64,000 nt of DNA from an uncultured SAR86 cluster bacterium (GTDB lineage: Bacteria; Pseudomonadota; Gammaproteobacteria; Magnimaribacterales; D2472): the NCBI GenBank assembly GCA_902513515.1, contig CABXNE010000001.1, positions 41,102-105,101 on the forward strand, given 5' to 3'. Both the position numbers and the translations under genes were made by a program. Below are positions 19,202 to 29,793 of this stretch, one piece after another. Every line of letters starts with the position of its first letter. Position 1 is the first letter of the stretch. The notes below the pieces were generated by a model. The model saw nothing but the letters and a program-made list of their open reading frames with translations, ran no database searches and was not told the DNA's origin.

Positions 19202-20208
19202 TCCAAGATTTTATTAATCAGCTAGAAAAGAAAGAGGACCTTGACTTTCATTCTATGCAGCTCGCAATTGAATCAATTATGACTGGAGATGTTGATGATC
19301 TTTCTATAGAAGCATTTTTGCTGGCCTTAAATGCAAAGGGAATTCAAGAAACCGAGATTACTGCTGCAGCCAGAGTCATGAAAGAAAAATCTCTTACCTT
19401 CCCATTGGGAGATGGAGATCATATAGATACTTGTGGTACAGGGGGCTCGGGTCTTCATACTTTTAATTGTTCTACTGCTGCATCTTTTGTAGCTGCTGCA
19501 GGAGGTGCTGCAGTAACCAAGCATGGTAACAAGGCAGTATCCAGCAAGTCTGGAAGTGCAGATTTATTGTTAGCAGCCGGAGCTGATATAGCTCATGACA
19601 GAGAAAAGTTGGAAACTATTTTCAAGAGAGTGGGTTTTATTTTTTTATTTGCTCCTTTGCATCATGAGTCAATGAAATATGTGATGCCGGCCAGGCAGAA
19701 AATCGGAAAAAAAACTTTATTTAATTTGCTTGGCCCACATACAAATCCTTGCGGTGCGAAAAGACAAATTCTGGGTGTCTATCAAAAAGATTTAGTCAAA
19801 ACTTTTGCATCAGTTGCTAAGAATTTATCTATGGATCATGCTCTCATTGTTCATGGTTTTGATGGTTTAGATGAAATCACCATCACGGACTCCACTTATA
19901 TTGCAGAGCTAAAAGATAATACTATTTCTGAGTATGAAATTTCTCCAAAAGACTTTGGCTTATCCTTAGGAACACTTTCTGAAATCTCAGCCCAATCACC
20001 TGATGGCAGTTTGCAATTAATTAGAGAGGCTTTTTCTGGAGAGAGATCAACAGTTCAAGATATGATTGCTCTAAATGCAGGCGCAGCTTTATACCTAGCA
20101 AAAAAAGTAGACTCAATTGCAGATGGTGTTGAGCTCTCGTTTGAATTAATGAATAACGGCATGGCTGCAGATAAATTAGCTTCCTACGTTCGAGTGTCAA
20201 ATAGCTAA
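19198..20208 (+). CDS. trpD: Anthranilate phosphoribosyltransferase
   Basis: 336 aa. CGTGGSGLHTFNCSTAASFVAAAGG and KHGNKAVSSKSGSADLL motifs. Confidence 0.9.
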   Translation: MIQDFINQLEKKEDLDFHSMQLAIESIMTGDVDDLSIEAFLLALNAKGIQETEITAAARVMKEKSLTFPLGDGDHIDTCGTGGSGLHTFNCSTAASFVAAAGGAAVTKHGNKAVSSKSGSADLLLAAGADIAHDREKLETIFKRVGFIFLFAPLHHESMKYVMPARQKIGKKTLFNLLGPHTNPCGAKRQILGVYQKDLVKTFASVAKNLSMDHALIVHGFDGLDEITITDSTYIAELKDNTISEYEISPKDFGLSLGTLSEISAQSPDGSLQLIREAFSGERSTVQDMIALNAGAALYLAKKVDSIADGVELSFELMNNGMAADKLASYVRVSNS

Positions 20209-20954
20209 TGAGCATTCTGCAAACAATTGTTACAAATACACAGGCTAATCTCATTCATAAGAAGGCAGAATTACCTTTAGAGCAAATAAAAAGTTCTTTA
20301 GAAGATCTCGATCTTCCCAGGGGTAAATTTAAAGATAATATCTCTAGTAAAGATGAAGCCATTATTGCAGAAATAAAAAAAGCTTCACCAAGTGCTGGGG
20401 TCATTGAAGAAGATTTTAATCCGGTAAAAAAAGCAATTGAGTATGAGGCTTTTGGAGCATCGGCTCTATCAATTTTGACTGAAGAAGATTTCTTTTTGGG
20501 CAGCGTTGATAATTTAAAAGAGGTTAAGAAAATAACTTCGTTACCTATTTTAAGGAAAGATTTCATGATTGATGAATATCAATTATATGAATCTAAATTG
20601 ATTGGTGCAGATTGTATTTTGCTAATTGCATCCATTCTTTCTGATCAGCAAATGGAAGATTTCGTCAATATTTCCATAATGTTAGAGCTTGATTATTTAA
20701 TTGAAGTGCATGATGAAAATGAGCTGAAGAGAGTTGAGCATTTTGAAGATGCTTTAATAGGGGTGAATAATAGAAATTTAAAAACATTTGAAGTTGACTT
20801 AGATAATTCTGTTCGGTTAAGAGATCTCTTCAAACAAAAGAATATTTTTATTGCAGAGTCAGGAATTAAAACCAGAGAAGATATGAATTATTTAAAACTT
20901 AATAATATTAAAGTCTTCCTTATTGGAGAGAGTTTAATGAGAGGCTCTTTTTAA
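20208..20954 (+). CDS. trpC: Indole-3-glycerol phosphate synthase (monofunctional)
   Basis: 248 aa. IIAEIKKASPSAG, LRKDFMIDEYQ and IGVNNRNL motifs. No fused TrpF domain. Confidence 0.9.
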   Translation: MSILQTIVTNTQANLIHKKAELPLEQIKSSLEDLDLPRGKFKDNISSKDEAIIAEIKKASPSAGVIEEDFNPVKKAIEYEAFGASALSILTEEDFFLGSVDNLKEVKKITSLPILRKDFMIDEYQLYESKLIGADCILLIASILSDQQMEDFVNISIMLELDYLIEVHDENELKRVEHFEDALIGVNNRNLKTFEVDLDNSVRLRDLFKQKNIFIAESGIKTREDMNYLKLNNIKVFLIGESLMRGSF

Positions 20955-21577
20955 ATATAAGCACTTGATGAAGTCATGACCTTTGCAGTAATGCTCATAA
21001 TTTTTTTCGTTGGTTCAGATATTGATTCGCTTCCATTTTCTACCGCCTGTTGAGCATGCTCATCTTCATCAGCCCTCATGGTCTTTAAAATTTCAATTGT
21101 CTCAGTATCATTCTTAGAAACTTTATCTAAATGTCTTTCAAGGTGTTTAACTACCTGTTTTTCAGTTTCCTCAACAAACCCTAAACTAGTTTTTTCTCCA
21201 AGGCTTCCAAATATTGCACCAATAGCAAACGATCCTGCATACCAAACTGGGTTGAGGATAGAAGGCCTTCCATTTAACTCTTCTAGACGCTTTTTACACC
21301 AAATTAAATGGTCTGTTTCTTCTTCCCCAGCTTGCATGAGATGATTTTTTATCTCGGTATCTTTGCAAACCATTGCTTGACCCCTGTAGAGTGCCTGAGC
21401 TGCTACTTCGCCAGCTAAATTTACTCGCATTAGTTGTGCTGACAGATTTTTTTCTTCTTTTGATAACGCAGAGGGAGCCTCATTAGCTGGATACGATCTG
21501 CCCGTCCCACTCTTTTTGAACGACAATGTTTTCAAAGCAATATCGCACTCATTTATAAAATTATCTAATAGATTCAT
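20951..21577 (-). CDS. coq7: Demethoxyubiquinone hydroxylase (Coq7 family, di-iron)
   Basis: 208 aa. LMRVNLAGEVAAQALY and EEETDHL / DEDEHA carboxylate-bridged di-iron motifs. Confidence 0.85.
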   Translation of the reverse strand: MNLLDNFINECDIALKTLSFKKSGTGRSYPANEAPSALSKEEKNLSAQLMRVNLAGEVAAQALYRGQAMVCKDTEIKNHLMQAGEEETDHLIWCKKRLEELNGRPSILNPVWYAGSFAIGAIFGSLGEKTSLGFVEETEKQVVKHLERHLDKVSKNDTETIEILKTMRADEDEHAQQAVENGSESISEPTKKIMSITAKVMTSSSAYI

Positions 21578-22842
21578 TTCAATCCTTTATTACCAATATC
21601 TTTTCGATAAAAAGCCCCATCGAAAGATACAGATTCTACCAGATCATATGCTTTTGATTGAGCTTCTTGCAGATCTTTACCTAAAGCAGTTGCGCAAAAC
21701 ACTCTCCCTCCTGATGTTAAAACTTTATCGCTTTGAAGTTTTGTGCCTGCATGGAATAGCTTCATTCCAACATCATCAGAGGGTTTAATTGTAACTTCAT
21801 TATTTTTTGTATAGTCCTCAGGATAGCCATGACTTGCAATCACAACTCCACAGGCATGCTCATCAGTCCACTGAATTTGATGATCGTTTAACTTATCGTC
21901 GATTGCTGCGAGGCAAAGTTCAACCAGACTTGATTTTAATCTCAGCAGAATAGGTTGAGTTTCTGGATCTCCAAATCTGCAATTAAATTCAAGAACTTTC
22001 AATTCCCCATTATTGATCATGAGTCCAGCATACAAAAACCCAAGATAGGGCGAACCCTCAGCAATTAAACCTTGCATGGTAGGTTCCATCACTTCATCGA
22101 TAATTTTTTGATGCATCTTTTCATCAACTATTGGCGCGGGTGAATATGCACCCATTCCGCCAGTATTCAAACCTACATCACCATCACCCACGGCCTTATG
22201 ATCTTGACTGGTTGCAAGTGGGATAATTTTATCTTTACTGACCACCGCTATAAAACTTGCCTCTTCGCCAATTAGAAAATCCTCAATAACTACGCTTGCT
22301 CCAGCAGCCCCAAATGCTTGATCTTTAAAAATACTGACCAAAGCTTCCAAAGCTTCATTTTCAGTTTGGCAAATGATGACACCTTTGCCTGCAGCTAACC
22401 CATCAGCTTTAACCACTGTTGGATATGGAATCTTTTTTAAGTGTTCTTTTGCACTATCAAAATTATCGAAGGCTGCATAAGTTGCTGTAGGAATACCATA
22501 TTTAATAAAAAAGTCTTTTGAGAATGTTTTAGAGCCCTCTAACTGAGCAGCAGCGCTAGAGGGCCCAAAGGTTTTAATATCATTAGTTTGCAAATAATCT
22601 ACCAGCCCATCAACAAGAGGCTGTTCCGGACCAACGATTACAAGAGCAATATTGTTTTCAATGCAAAAATCTTTAACTGCTGCAAAATCATCAACATTAA
22701 TAGAGACATTAGATACTTTATTTTCTAGAGCAGTTCCTGCATTTCCTGGACAAACAAAAACCTCTGATACAGATTCATCTTGCGCACATTTCCAAGCTAA
22801 AGCATGTTCTCTGCCGCCTGATCCAATAACCAAAATGTACAT
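21574..22842 (-). CDS. purD: Phosphoribosylamine--glycine ligase
   Basis: 422 aa. ILVIGSGGREHALAWK N-terminus, ATP-grasp core, EFNCRFGDPE. Confidence 0.95.
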   Translation of the reverse strand: MYILVIGSGGREHALAWKCAQDESVSEVFVCPGNAGTALENKVSNVSINVDDFAAVKDFCIENNIALVIVGPEQPLVDGLVDYLQTNDIKTFGPSSAAAQLEGSKTFSKDFFIKYGIPTATYAAFDNFDSAKEHLKKIPYPTVVKADGLAAGKGVIICQTENEALEALVSIFKDQAFGAAGASVVIEDFLIGEEASFIAVVSKDKIIPLATSQDHKAVGDGDVGLNTGGMGAYSPAPIVDEKMHQKIIDEVMEPTMQGLIAEGSPYLGFLYAGLMINNGELKVLEFNCRFGDPETQPILLRLKSSLVELCLAAIDDKLNDHQIQWTDEHACGVVIASHGYPEDYTKNNEVTIKPSDDVGMKLFHAGTKLQSDKVLTSGGRVFCATALGKDLQEAQSKAYDLVESVSFDGAFYRKDIGNKGLK

Positions 22843-22844
22843 TT

Positions 22845-24383
22845 TTAATGTCTAAAGTGGCGCGTTGCAGTAAAGACCATAGCAATGTCATTTTCATCAG
22901 CAGCGGCAATCACTTCCTCATCTCTAATCGATCCACCAGGTTGAATAATTGTTGCTATTCCACTCGAAGCAGCTTTATCTATGCCATCCCTAAATGGAAA
23001 AAATGCATCTGAGGCCATTGCCGCACCTTTGACCACTAAACCTTCTTCTTTGGCTTTTAGATTGGCAATCTCAGCACTAATCACTCTGCTCATTTGACCG
23101 GCACCAATGCCAATAGTCTGTTTATTTTTGACATAAACAATAGCGTTTGATTTAACAAATTTAGCAACCTTCCATGCAAACATAAGATCATTAATTTCTT
23201 CAGCGGTTGGCTGTCTTTTAGTAACGCACTGGAGGTCTGCTTTGGGAACAATAAAAGCGTCATCGCTTTGCATTAATATTCCTCCAGACACTTTTTTAAT
23301 GACGCCTGGATATGGGTTATCTTGCTCCAAATCGACGCATAAAACTCGTACATTTTTCTTTTTAGCCAGCTCCGCCAATGCAGCTTCTTCAAAACTGGTA
23401 GCTAGGACAACCTCAACAAATTGACGAGCATTAATTTCTTCAGCAGTTTTTTTATTCAGTTCTCTGTTAAACGCGATAATGCCTCCAAAGGCAGATGTTG
23501 GATCAGTCTTGAATGCTAAGTCATAAGCATCAAAGATAGAGTTTGCTTCGGCAACTCCGCAGGGATTAGCATGCTTTACAATAACGCAAGCCGGCTCATC
23601 GAATGCTCTGACACATTCCCAGGCAGCATCAGCATCTACAATATTATTGTATGAAAGTTCTTTGCCCTGAAGAATATCTGCATTGGCAATATTTTTATGC
23701 TCTAAATTAGAAAAAGTTAATAAATCTGCTGTTTGATGAGGATTTTCTCCATATCTCAGCGATTCACTCTTGCTGAAGTTATATTGATGTGCGTCGGAAG
23801 AGATATCTTTTAGATAATTTGCAATGGCTGAATTGTATTCAGCCATGAGTTGAAAAACTTTATGTGAAAGCTCCTTTCTAAATTCGTAACTGATCCCCCC
23901 TTGATTTTTCCATTCATCTATTAAGCGATCATAGTCATTTGGATCAGAAATGACTGCAACATCTTTAAAGTTTTTTGCTGCAGACCTAATCATTGTGGGT
24001 CCGCCTATATCAATTTTTTCTATAGCCTCATCAAATTCACACCCTGAGGCGATTGTTTCTTGAAATGGATAAAGATTAACAATGACCATGTCAATGACCT
24101 CATAGCCGCGATCAGTTAAAACCTCTAAATCTGTTTCTCTTCTTGCTAAAATCCCAGCATGAATTTTAGGATGCAAAGTTTTGACTCGACCATCCATCAT
24201 TTCTTCAAATCCTGTAAATTCAGAAACCTCTATTACCTTACCTGTGATTTTTTTGATGGCATTGTAAGTCCCTCCAGTTGAAATAATTTTTACTTCTTGA
24301 TCAAGCAAAAATTGTATTAGTTCATCTAAATTAGATTTATCCGAAAGGCTAACAAGGGCAGTTTTTGGGGCAATTAGGCTCAT
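22845..24383 (-). CDS. purH: Bifunctional AICAR formyltransferase / IMP cyclohydrolase
   Basis: 512 aa. ALVSLSDKS, STGGT, VKTLHPKIHAGIL and the C-terminal TATRHFRH. Confidence 0.95.
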   Translation of the reverse strand: MSLIAPKTALVSLSDKSNLDELIQFLLDQEVKIISTGGTYNAIKKITGKVIEVSEFTGFEEMMDGRVKTLHPKIHAGILARRETDLEVLTDRGYEVIDMVIVNLYPFQETIASGCEFDEAIEKIDIGGPTMIRSAAKNFKDVAVISDPNDYDRLIDEWKNQGGISYEFRKELSHKVFQLMAEYNSAIANYLKDISSDAHQYNFSKSESLRYGENPHQTADLLTFSNLEHKNIANADILQGKELSYNNIVDADAAWECVRAFDEPACVIVKHANPCGVAEANSIFDAYDLAFKTDPTSAFGGIIAFNRELNKKTAEEINARQFVEVVLATSFEEAALAELAKKKNVRVLCVDLEQDNPYPGVIKKVSGGILMQSDDAFIVPKADLQCVTKRQPTAEEINDLMFAWKVAKFVKSNAIVYVKNKQTIGIGAGQMSRVISAEIANLKAKEEGLVVKGAAMASDAFFPFRDGIDKAASSGIATIIQPGGSIRDEEVIAAADENDIAMVFTATRHFRH

Positions 24384-24646
24384 GATTTTTCTATAATGTT
24401 ATATCGATGTAATTTTTTTCTAAGAGTGGCTCTGTTTAATCCCAGGACATTTGCAGCCTTAGATTGGTTGTTGCTTGTGTACTTCATTACAGCCTTCAAA
24501 AGCTCAGGTTCGACCTCAGCCATAACCATTTCATATACATTTGCAGGATTTGTATCACCAAGAGCGGCAAAGTATTTCCTCATAGCTTTTTTTACTTGCT
24601 CGCTAAGAGGTTTGTTTTTTTGTTTTTGTGAGACTGTTTTAGCCAT
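24380..24646 (-). CDS. fis: DNA-binding protein Fis
   Basis: 88 aa. YEMVMAEVEPELLKAVMKYTSNNQSKAANVLGLNRATLRKKL parallels the E. coli Fis C-terminal helix-turn-helix. Conserved fis-purH-purD order. Confidence 0.9.
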   Translation of the reverse strand: MAKTVSQKQKNKPLSEQVKKAMRKYFAALGDTNPANVYEMVMAEVEPELLKAVMKYTSNNQSKAANVLGLNRATLRKKLHRYNIIEKS

Positions 24647-24709
24647 TAAGTAGAAATTTTTTCTGCAAAATATAAATTCTACAGCTGATTAAAAATTGCT
24701 CAACTGATT

Positions 24710-25270
24710 TTACAAATTAATTTCAGTTTTTTTGTCATCACCCAAAATTAATCGATTCAATTCTCCATTTTTTATAAATATTTCTGTCCTAGACGCATAA
24801 TCAGGATGAAAATATGAAATTGCATGATTGTTTGTAATGTATGAAACCAATGCATTGATCACCATAAAGTGTGTAGTCACAATAAAATTACCCTCAGCAC
24901 CCTTAAGCCAGTTTATTAAATTATTACGCCACTCTTTTACGGCTTCAGGCAGTTCTTCAACTGCAGTTGTAAAAATTTTTACAAGCCAGTCCTGTTTTTT
25001 ATCAGCATCAACATTGTCTGATGGTATTTCAATAAATCTAGAATCTAATTGAAAAGTGTATTTACTTTCTATGTTCATTATTTCCATAGTCTCAATAGCT
25101 CTTTTCTTTGGGCTAGAAAGAAGCTGATAGCAAGAAATTTGATCCATTAAAGACTTGCCAGCATTTTTAGCTTGCTCTAGACCGAGTTCGCTTAAACCAG
25201 GATCAGGGTGAACAGACCATCCTGCAGATGCCTCTCCATGTCTGACAAGAATGATATGACTTTGACTCAT
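24710..25270 (-). CDS. Histidine phosphatase family protein (PGAM/SixA-like)
   Basis: IILVRHGEA catalytic RHG motif. The track ORF begins at a TTG at 25285; the ATG at 25270 (MSQSHIILVRHGE) is the more plausible start. Confidence 0.7.
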   Translation of the reverse strand: MSQSHIILVRHGEASAGWSVHPDPGLSELGLEQAKNAGKSLMDQISCYQLLSSPKKRAIETMEIMNIESKYTFQLDSRFIEIPSDNVDADKKQDWLVKIFTTAVEELPEAVKEWRNNLINWLKGAEGNFIVTTHFMVINALVSYITNNHAISYFHPDYASRTEIFIKNGELNRLILGDDKKTEINL

Positions 25271-25298
25271 TATAAAAAATACCAATTATAATTATTTG

Positions 25299-26039
25299 AT
25301 GAGAAAGCCTAGAATTTTTTGTCCTGAATTATCTGCACCAAGTTATAAGTGCACCAACATAAAACAAATACATCATCTTGCCAAGGTTCTCAGGTTGCAA
25401 CCAAATGATCGTGTAGAGTTATTTGATGGCCATGGATCTTTGGCAAATGGCACTATTCAAGAAATTGCAAAAGCTTATATAAATTTTCATGTAGATGATA
25501 TTTCTTTAATGCCAAATCCTTATCAAAAATTATATAGAGCAATAATTCCATATATAAAGAGAGAGAATTTAATTTACTCATTACAAAAGCTTGTTGAATT
25601 AGGGGTGAACTCAATTCTTATTTATAAACCGGACCATCTAGATCAATCATTAGCAAAGAAGGATTTATCTAAATTAAACCTTAGGCTGGAAGAGGCTTTG
25701 ATAAGCGCATGTGAGCAATCTGGCTGCAATTATATCCCCAGCATTAACTATTTTGATGGGCTTCAAAAATGCCTACAAAGCACAAAGATAAATGCAGATT
25801 TCGAGGGATTATTCGTTCTTGATACAATTGCTAATCAATCAATTAAAGATCACGAAATTTTGAATTTAAATAATATTGGCATTATCACAGGGCCAGAATC
25901 GGGTTACTCAGAAACTGAACGCGAAATTATGAATGAATTGGGATTGCGGTCACTCAAAATAGGGCATTATGTATTGCGCGCTGAAACAGCACCTGTTGTA
26001 GGATTGTCTAAATTTCATAGCTTGTTTGGAGAATATTAA
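25299..26039 (+). CDS. rsmE: 16S rRNA (uracil1498-N3)-methyltransferase
   Basis: About 246 aa. RIF N-terminal PUA-like region and C-terminal ITGPESGYSETE SPOUT motif. ATG at 25299, immediately after the TTG used by the track. Confidence 0.8.
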   Translation: MRKPRIFCPELSAPSYKCTNIKQIHHLAKVLRLQPNDRVELFDGHGSLANGTIQEIAKAYINFHVDDISLMPNPYQKLYRAIIPYIKRENLIYSLQKLVELGVNSILIYKPDHLDQSLAKKDLSKLNLRLEEALISACEQSGCNYIPSINYFDGLQKCLQSTKINADFEGLFVLDTIANQSIKDHEILNLNNIGIITGPESGYSETEREIMNELGLRSLKIGHYVLRAETAPVVGLSKFHSLFGEY

Positions 26040-26971
26040 TGCAAGGCACATCCTCACTATTTATTACTGACCCCCTAGATGAATTAAATCCAAAAAAAGA
26101 TACAACTATATTATGGATGCAAGAAGTCTATGCTATGGGCGGTCAGATTCTTCAGTGTGAGATGAAAGATTTAATTTACAAAGATCAACAAACTTTTGCT
26201 AACTTTTCTGAAATTAAAGACCCCAATCATCATCCACAAATTAATGAAAAAGTTGATGAGATTAAAGCCCTTAAAGATTTTGACTATATTTTTATGAGGA
26301 AGGACCCCCCGGTGGATGAAGACTATATGAATGCTTTGCATTTACTCTCTCAGGCTGAATCTGAGGGCGCAAATATAGTAAATCGACCTTCAGCATTGCA
26401 AAAGTTTAATGAAAAGATTTTTGCACTCCAATTTTCTAATTGGATGCCTGATACAAGTGTTATTTGCAAAGAAGAGGACTTTAAACGATTCCAAAAAAAA
26501 TATTCGACTATTATTTTAAAGCCCCTTGATGGCATGGGTGGAGAGTCAATCTATAAATTCAATGAAAGCTCAGAAGATGACTTGGAAATTTTTAAATCAC
26601 TAACTAATAATTATCAAACCATGGTCATGGTCCAAAATTTCTTGCCTGAAATTTATGATGGAGATTATCGAATACTTATTATTCACGGCAAGCCTTTTCC
26701 TATTGCGCTTGCAAGAATTCCTCAAGGAGGAAGCTTTAAGGGCAATCTCGCCGCTGGTGGTATAGGCGAAGCTCGGGAATTATCTGATGATCAGACCAAA
26801 GTTAGTGTAGAGATTGGTAAGTTACTATTAAATGAGGGCATTATGTTTGCAGGAATCGATATGATTGGGAGCTATTTAACTGAAATTAATATAACAAGCC
26901 CAACAGGCGCAAGAGAGATTTTGTCCCAAACCGGTAAAAATCCTATCAAGACTTTGCTTCAATCAATATAA
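26039..26971 (+). CDS. gshB: Glutathione synthetase
   Basis: 310 aa. MRKDPP, ILKPLDGMGG, GDYRIL, ARIPQGGSFKGNLAAGG and TEINITSP are colinear with E. coli GshB. Confidence 0.9.
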   Translation: MQGTSSLFITDPLDELNPKKDTTILWMQEVYAMGGQILQCEMKDLIYKDQQTFANFSEIKDPNHHPQINEKVDEIKALKDFDYIFMRKDPPVDEDYMNALHLLSQAESEGANIVNRPSALQKFNEKIFALQFSNWMPDTSVICKEEDFKRFQKKYSTIILKPLDGMGGESIYKFNESSEDDLEIFKSLTNNYQTMVMVQNFLPEIYDGDYRILIIHGKPFPIALARIPQGGSFKGNLAAGGIGEARELSDDQTKVSVEIGKLLLNEGIMFAGIDMIGSYLTEINITSPTGAREILSQTGKNPIKTLLQSI

Positions 26972-26972
26972 A

Positions 26973-27590
26973 ATGCAACCACTGATCTACAAGCAAAGAA
27001 TTCAAAGATGGGGATTCAGAAAATCTATGCTTGCGTCTTTAATGTTCCACGGAGTGGTTATTTTTGGGATCAGTTTTGTTGTGATTCAGAAACCATGGGA
27101 ATTCAATGAAGAAACAATTGTGAATATTAAATTTGCTAACGAAGAATTTGATATGCAGGGTAGTTCTTTAAATGGACTTGAATCCCTTCAACAAAATAAT
27201 CAAGAAACTGCAATGGTCTCTCGAGATGTTAACCTTCAAGATCAATCTCAGTTTAGTATTAGGCGTTTAGAGTCTAATTCAACCTTGGAAAGTTTTGAGA
27301 GCATTTATTTAAACGCATGGCAAAGACAGGTTGAGACAGTTGGTTATCATGAAATTTCTCGTTCTGATATTATTCAGGGCAATTTTAGAGTTCAAATTAA
27401 ATCAATCATTGACCATATGGGAAATTTAATAGGTGCTGATATTTTGCAATCCTCTGGGAATTCAATGCTGGATGCTCTGGCGTTAAAAATTTTGTATCAA
27501 TCAGCTCCATTTGAGCCTTTTCCCAGGGACATGGTGGATAACTATCAGCAGCTTGAAATCATTCGAGACTGGAATTTTTCAAATTCTTAG
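26973..27590 (+). CDS. TonB C-terminal-domain protein (no Pro-rich spacer)
   Basis: 205 aa. One N-terminal TM helix (MLASLMFHGVVIFGISFVVI). C-terminal TonB_C-like pattern GNFRVQI..G.L..ADILQSSGNSMLDALALKIL..APFEPFP. Sits between gshB and ruvX, as the TonB-like gene does in Pseudomonas. Confidence 0.65.
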   Translation: MQPLIYKQRIQRWGFRKSMLASLMFHGVVIFGISFVVIQKPWEFNEETIVNIKFANEEFDMQGSSLNGLESLQQNNQETAMVSRDVNLQDQSQFSIRRLESNSTLESFESIYLNAWQRQVETVGYHEISRSDIIQGNFRVQIKSIIDHMGNLIGADILQSSGNSMLDALALKILYQSAPFEPFPRDMVDNYQQLEIIRDWNFSNS

Positions 27591-27592
27591 CA

Positions 27593-28000
27593 ATGCAGAT
27601 TTTAGCCTTTGATTTTGGTACTAAACATATTGGCGTCGCTGTTGGACAAACAATTACCGGGACCTCTTCACCTTTGATGGTGCTGGATGTTGCTCAAGAA
27701 GGCAAAGAAATTTGGAATACAATTACAGATCTTATCAATGAGTGGAAACCTGATCAATTACTAGTTGGAAACCCCTTAAACATGGATGGTACTTCCAGTG
27801 ATATGATAAAAAAAGTTGATCCATTTTTTAAGAAACTTCAAATGATTAGCAATGTTCCTTGTGAATTGGTTGATGAGAGATTAACCTCTTTTGAGGCAAA
27901 ACAGTTGGCGCAAATGGGCACAAAAGATGACCGCATTGATGATTTAGCAGCCAAAATATTTTTAGATAATTGGATAGAGCATTATGTCAATTCCAAGTAG
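27593..28000 (+). CDS. ruvX: Holliday junction resolvase-like pre-16S rRNA nuclease RuvX/YqgF
   Basis: 135 aa. ILAFDFGTKHIGVAVG N-terminus and DERLTS motif. Confidence 0.9.
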   Translation: MQILAFDFGTKHIGVAVGQTITGTSSPLMVLDVAQEGKEIWNTITDLINEWKPDQLLVGNPLNMDGTSSDMIKKVDPFFKKLQMISNVPCELVDERLTSFEAKQLAQMGTKDDRIDDLAAKIFLDNWIEHYVNSK

Positions 28001-29741
28001 TTTTATTGATCAGCTATTGGACCAAACTGATATTGTGGATGTCGTAAATAGGCGCATACCTCTAAATAAAAAGGGGTCAAATTTTTGGTGCCAATGTCCA
28101 TTTCATGATGATTCAAATCCATCCATGGCTGTTAACCAAGAAAAACAGTTTTTTTATTGCTTTGTTTGCCAGGAATCTGGCAATGCAATTCATTTTTTAA
28201 GGCGCTATGAAAACCTAGAATTTGTTGATGCAATCGAAACTCTTGCGAGCTCAGCAGGCATGACTGTGCCGTATGAAAAAAATAGATCAGAAAAATCTAA
28301 ACCCAGTGGCTTGGTTGAGAAAGCTGTTAAATTTTATCAAGCTAACTTGAATGAAAAGATTGCTCCAACAGCAGTTCAATATCTTAAAGATAGAAAGATT
28401 ACTGGCGCTACAGCCAAGAAATTTAATATTGGGTATGCCCAAGATAAATGGGATGGTCTTTTAAATCATTTGGGAGCTGATAAATCCAGCAAAGAATTAG
28501 TTGAGTCTGGATTATTTAGCAAGAAAGACGATCGATTTTATGACCGATTTAGAGGCAGAGTTATTTTTCCAATTAGAAATATAAAAGGTGATTTTATTGC
28601 TATGGGCGGGAGAATAATAGATGAGGGAGAGCCGAAGTATCTTAATTCTCCCGAGACTTCTTTTTTTAATAAATCAAATGAGTTGTTTGGTTTATATGAG
28701 GTTAAAGAATTAGAGAAAAATATCTCATCTCTAATAATCGTCGAGGGATATATGGATGTAATAGGTCTTTATCAGCATGGCGTCAAAAATGCAGTAGCAA
28801 CACTTGGGACAGCTGTAACACCCAATCATGTTTCTAAAATTATGCGTTATACCAATAAGATATTTTTTGCGTTTGATGGAGATTTAGCTGGGGGTAAAGC
28901 AGCCTGGAAGGCAGTTGAAAATACTTTTCCAATTATAAGAGAAGATATCAATATTCATTTTGTATTTTTTGAAGAAGGCCATGATCCAGATTCATATATT
29001 AATGAGTATGGATTAAAAGCTTTTCAAAAACTTTTAGATGAATCCATTTCGCTTTCATCATACTTTTTATCGAAGGTAAAAGAATTTAATTTAGAGACAC
29101 TGGAGGGTAGAGCCCAGGCAGCAGCTTTTGCCATTCCAATAGTAAACAGAATAAATAATTCGGTCATTAAAGAAGTTTACTCCAACGAGATCTCAAAATT
29201 ATGCGGCATGGATATCAAAACCATGGATGTGCCGTCAAGTCGAGCTATAAGGCAAGAATCAGATCATGCAATCAGATCCAGTTCCAATACACCAGTTCGA
29301 GTAAAAGCATTGATTAATATTTTTAGTGCTTTGTTGGCTTTTCCAACAATTGCTCAAGAATCTCTCTTTGATGAATTAAAGAATAATTCTAAATTTGATT
29401 TTTTATTTGTAATTCTAGATTTATACAGGAAAACCCCTGATATTAAGCCATCTAGGGTAATTGAAATTCTTGAATCAGATCAAATTAAGGGATATTTCTC
29501 AGAAGCTGTAGTAGCCGGGCTTGAATTATCAGAAAAAAATGCATTAAAGCTTATAAATGACTGCATGGGTATTTTATTAAAACATCAAAAAGATAGAGAG
29601 CAAACACTCAAAGACAAGTATAATGTCAGATCGATTACGCCAGTAGAAAGAAGAGATTTACAACAAATTATCTTAAAAAAGCAAGAAATCACTGACGATG
29701 ATCGAATTTGGTTAGAAAAATTAAGTTCAAAACAAGATTGA
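27984..29741 (+). CDS. dnaG: DNA primase
   Basis: 585 aa. CPFHDDSNPSM zinc-ribbon, EPKYLNSPET, TOPRIM IVEGYMDV and FDGDLAG. Overlaps ruvX by 17 nt. Confidence 0.95.
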   Translation: MSIPSSFIDQLLDQTDIVDVVNRRIPLNKKGSNFWCQCPFHDDSNPSMAVNQEKQFFYCFVCQESGNAIHFLRRYENLEFVDAIETLASSAGMTVPYEKNRSEKSKPSGLVEKAVKFYQANLNEKIAPTAVQYLKDRKITGATAKKFNIGYAQDKWDGLLNHLGADKSSKELVESGLFSKKDDRFYDRFRGRVIFPIRNIKGDFIAMGGRIIDEGEPKYLNSPETSFFNKSNELFGLYEVKELEKNISSLIIVEGYMDVIGLYQHGVKNAVATLGTAVTPNHVSKIMRYTNKIFFAFDGDLAGGKAAWKAVENTFPIIREDINIHFVFFEEGHDPDSYINEYGLKAFQKLLDESISLSSYFLSKVKEFNLETLEGRAQAAAFAIPIVNRINNSVIKEVYSNEISKLCGMDIKTMDVPSSRAIRQESDHAIRSSSNTPVRVKALINIFSALLAFPTIAQESLFDELKNNSKFDFLFVILDLYRKTPDIKPSRVIEILESDQIKGYFSEAVVAGLELSEKNALKLINDCMGILLKHQKDREQTLKDKYNVRSITPVERRDLQQIILKKQEITDDDRIWLEKLSSKQD

Positions 29742-29793
29742 AAAAATCAAGTTTGGCATCACATATAGTAAACGATTTAGAAAGAGGCATTGA

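Noticed and set aside
24650-24682. Imperfect hairpin GTAGAAATTT..AAATTCTAC between the histidine phosphatase gene and fis, as a terminator or Fis operator.
   Set aside because: It is an AT-only bulged 9-bp stem with a 14-nt loop (24660-24673) and no downstream U-tract on the transcribed (-) strand. It cannot be told apart from chance structure in AT-rich DNA.
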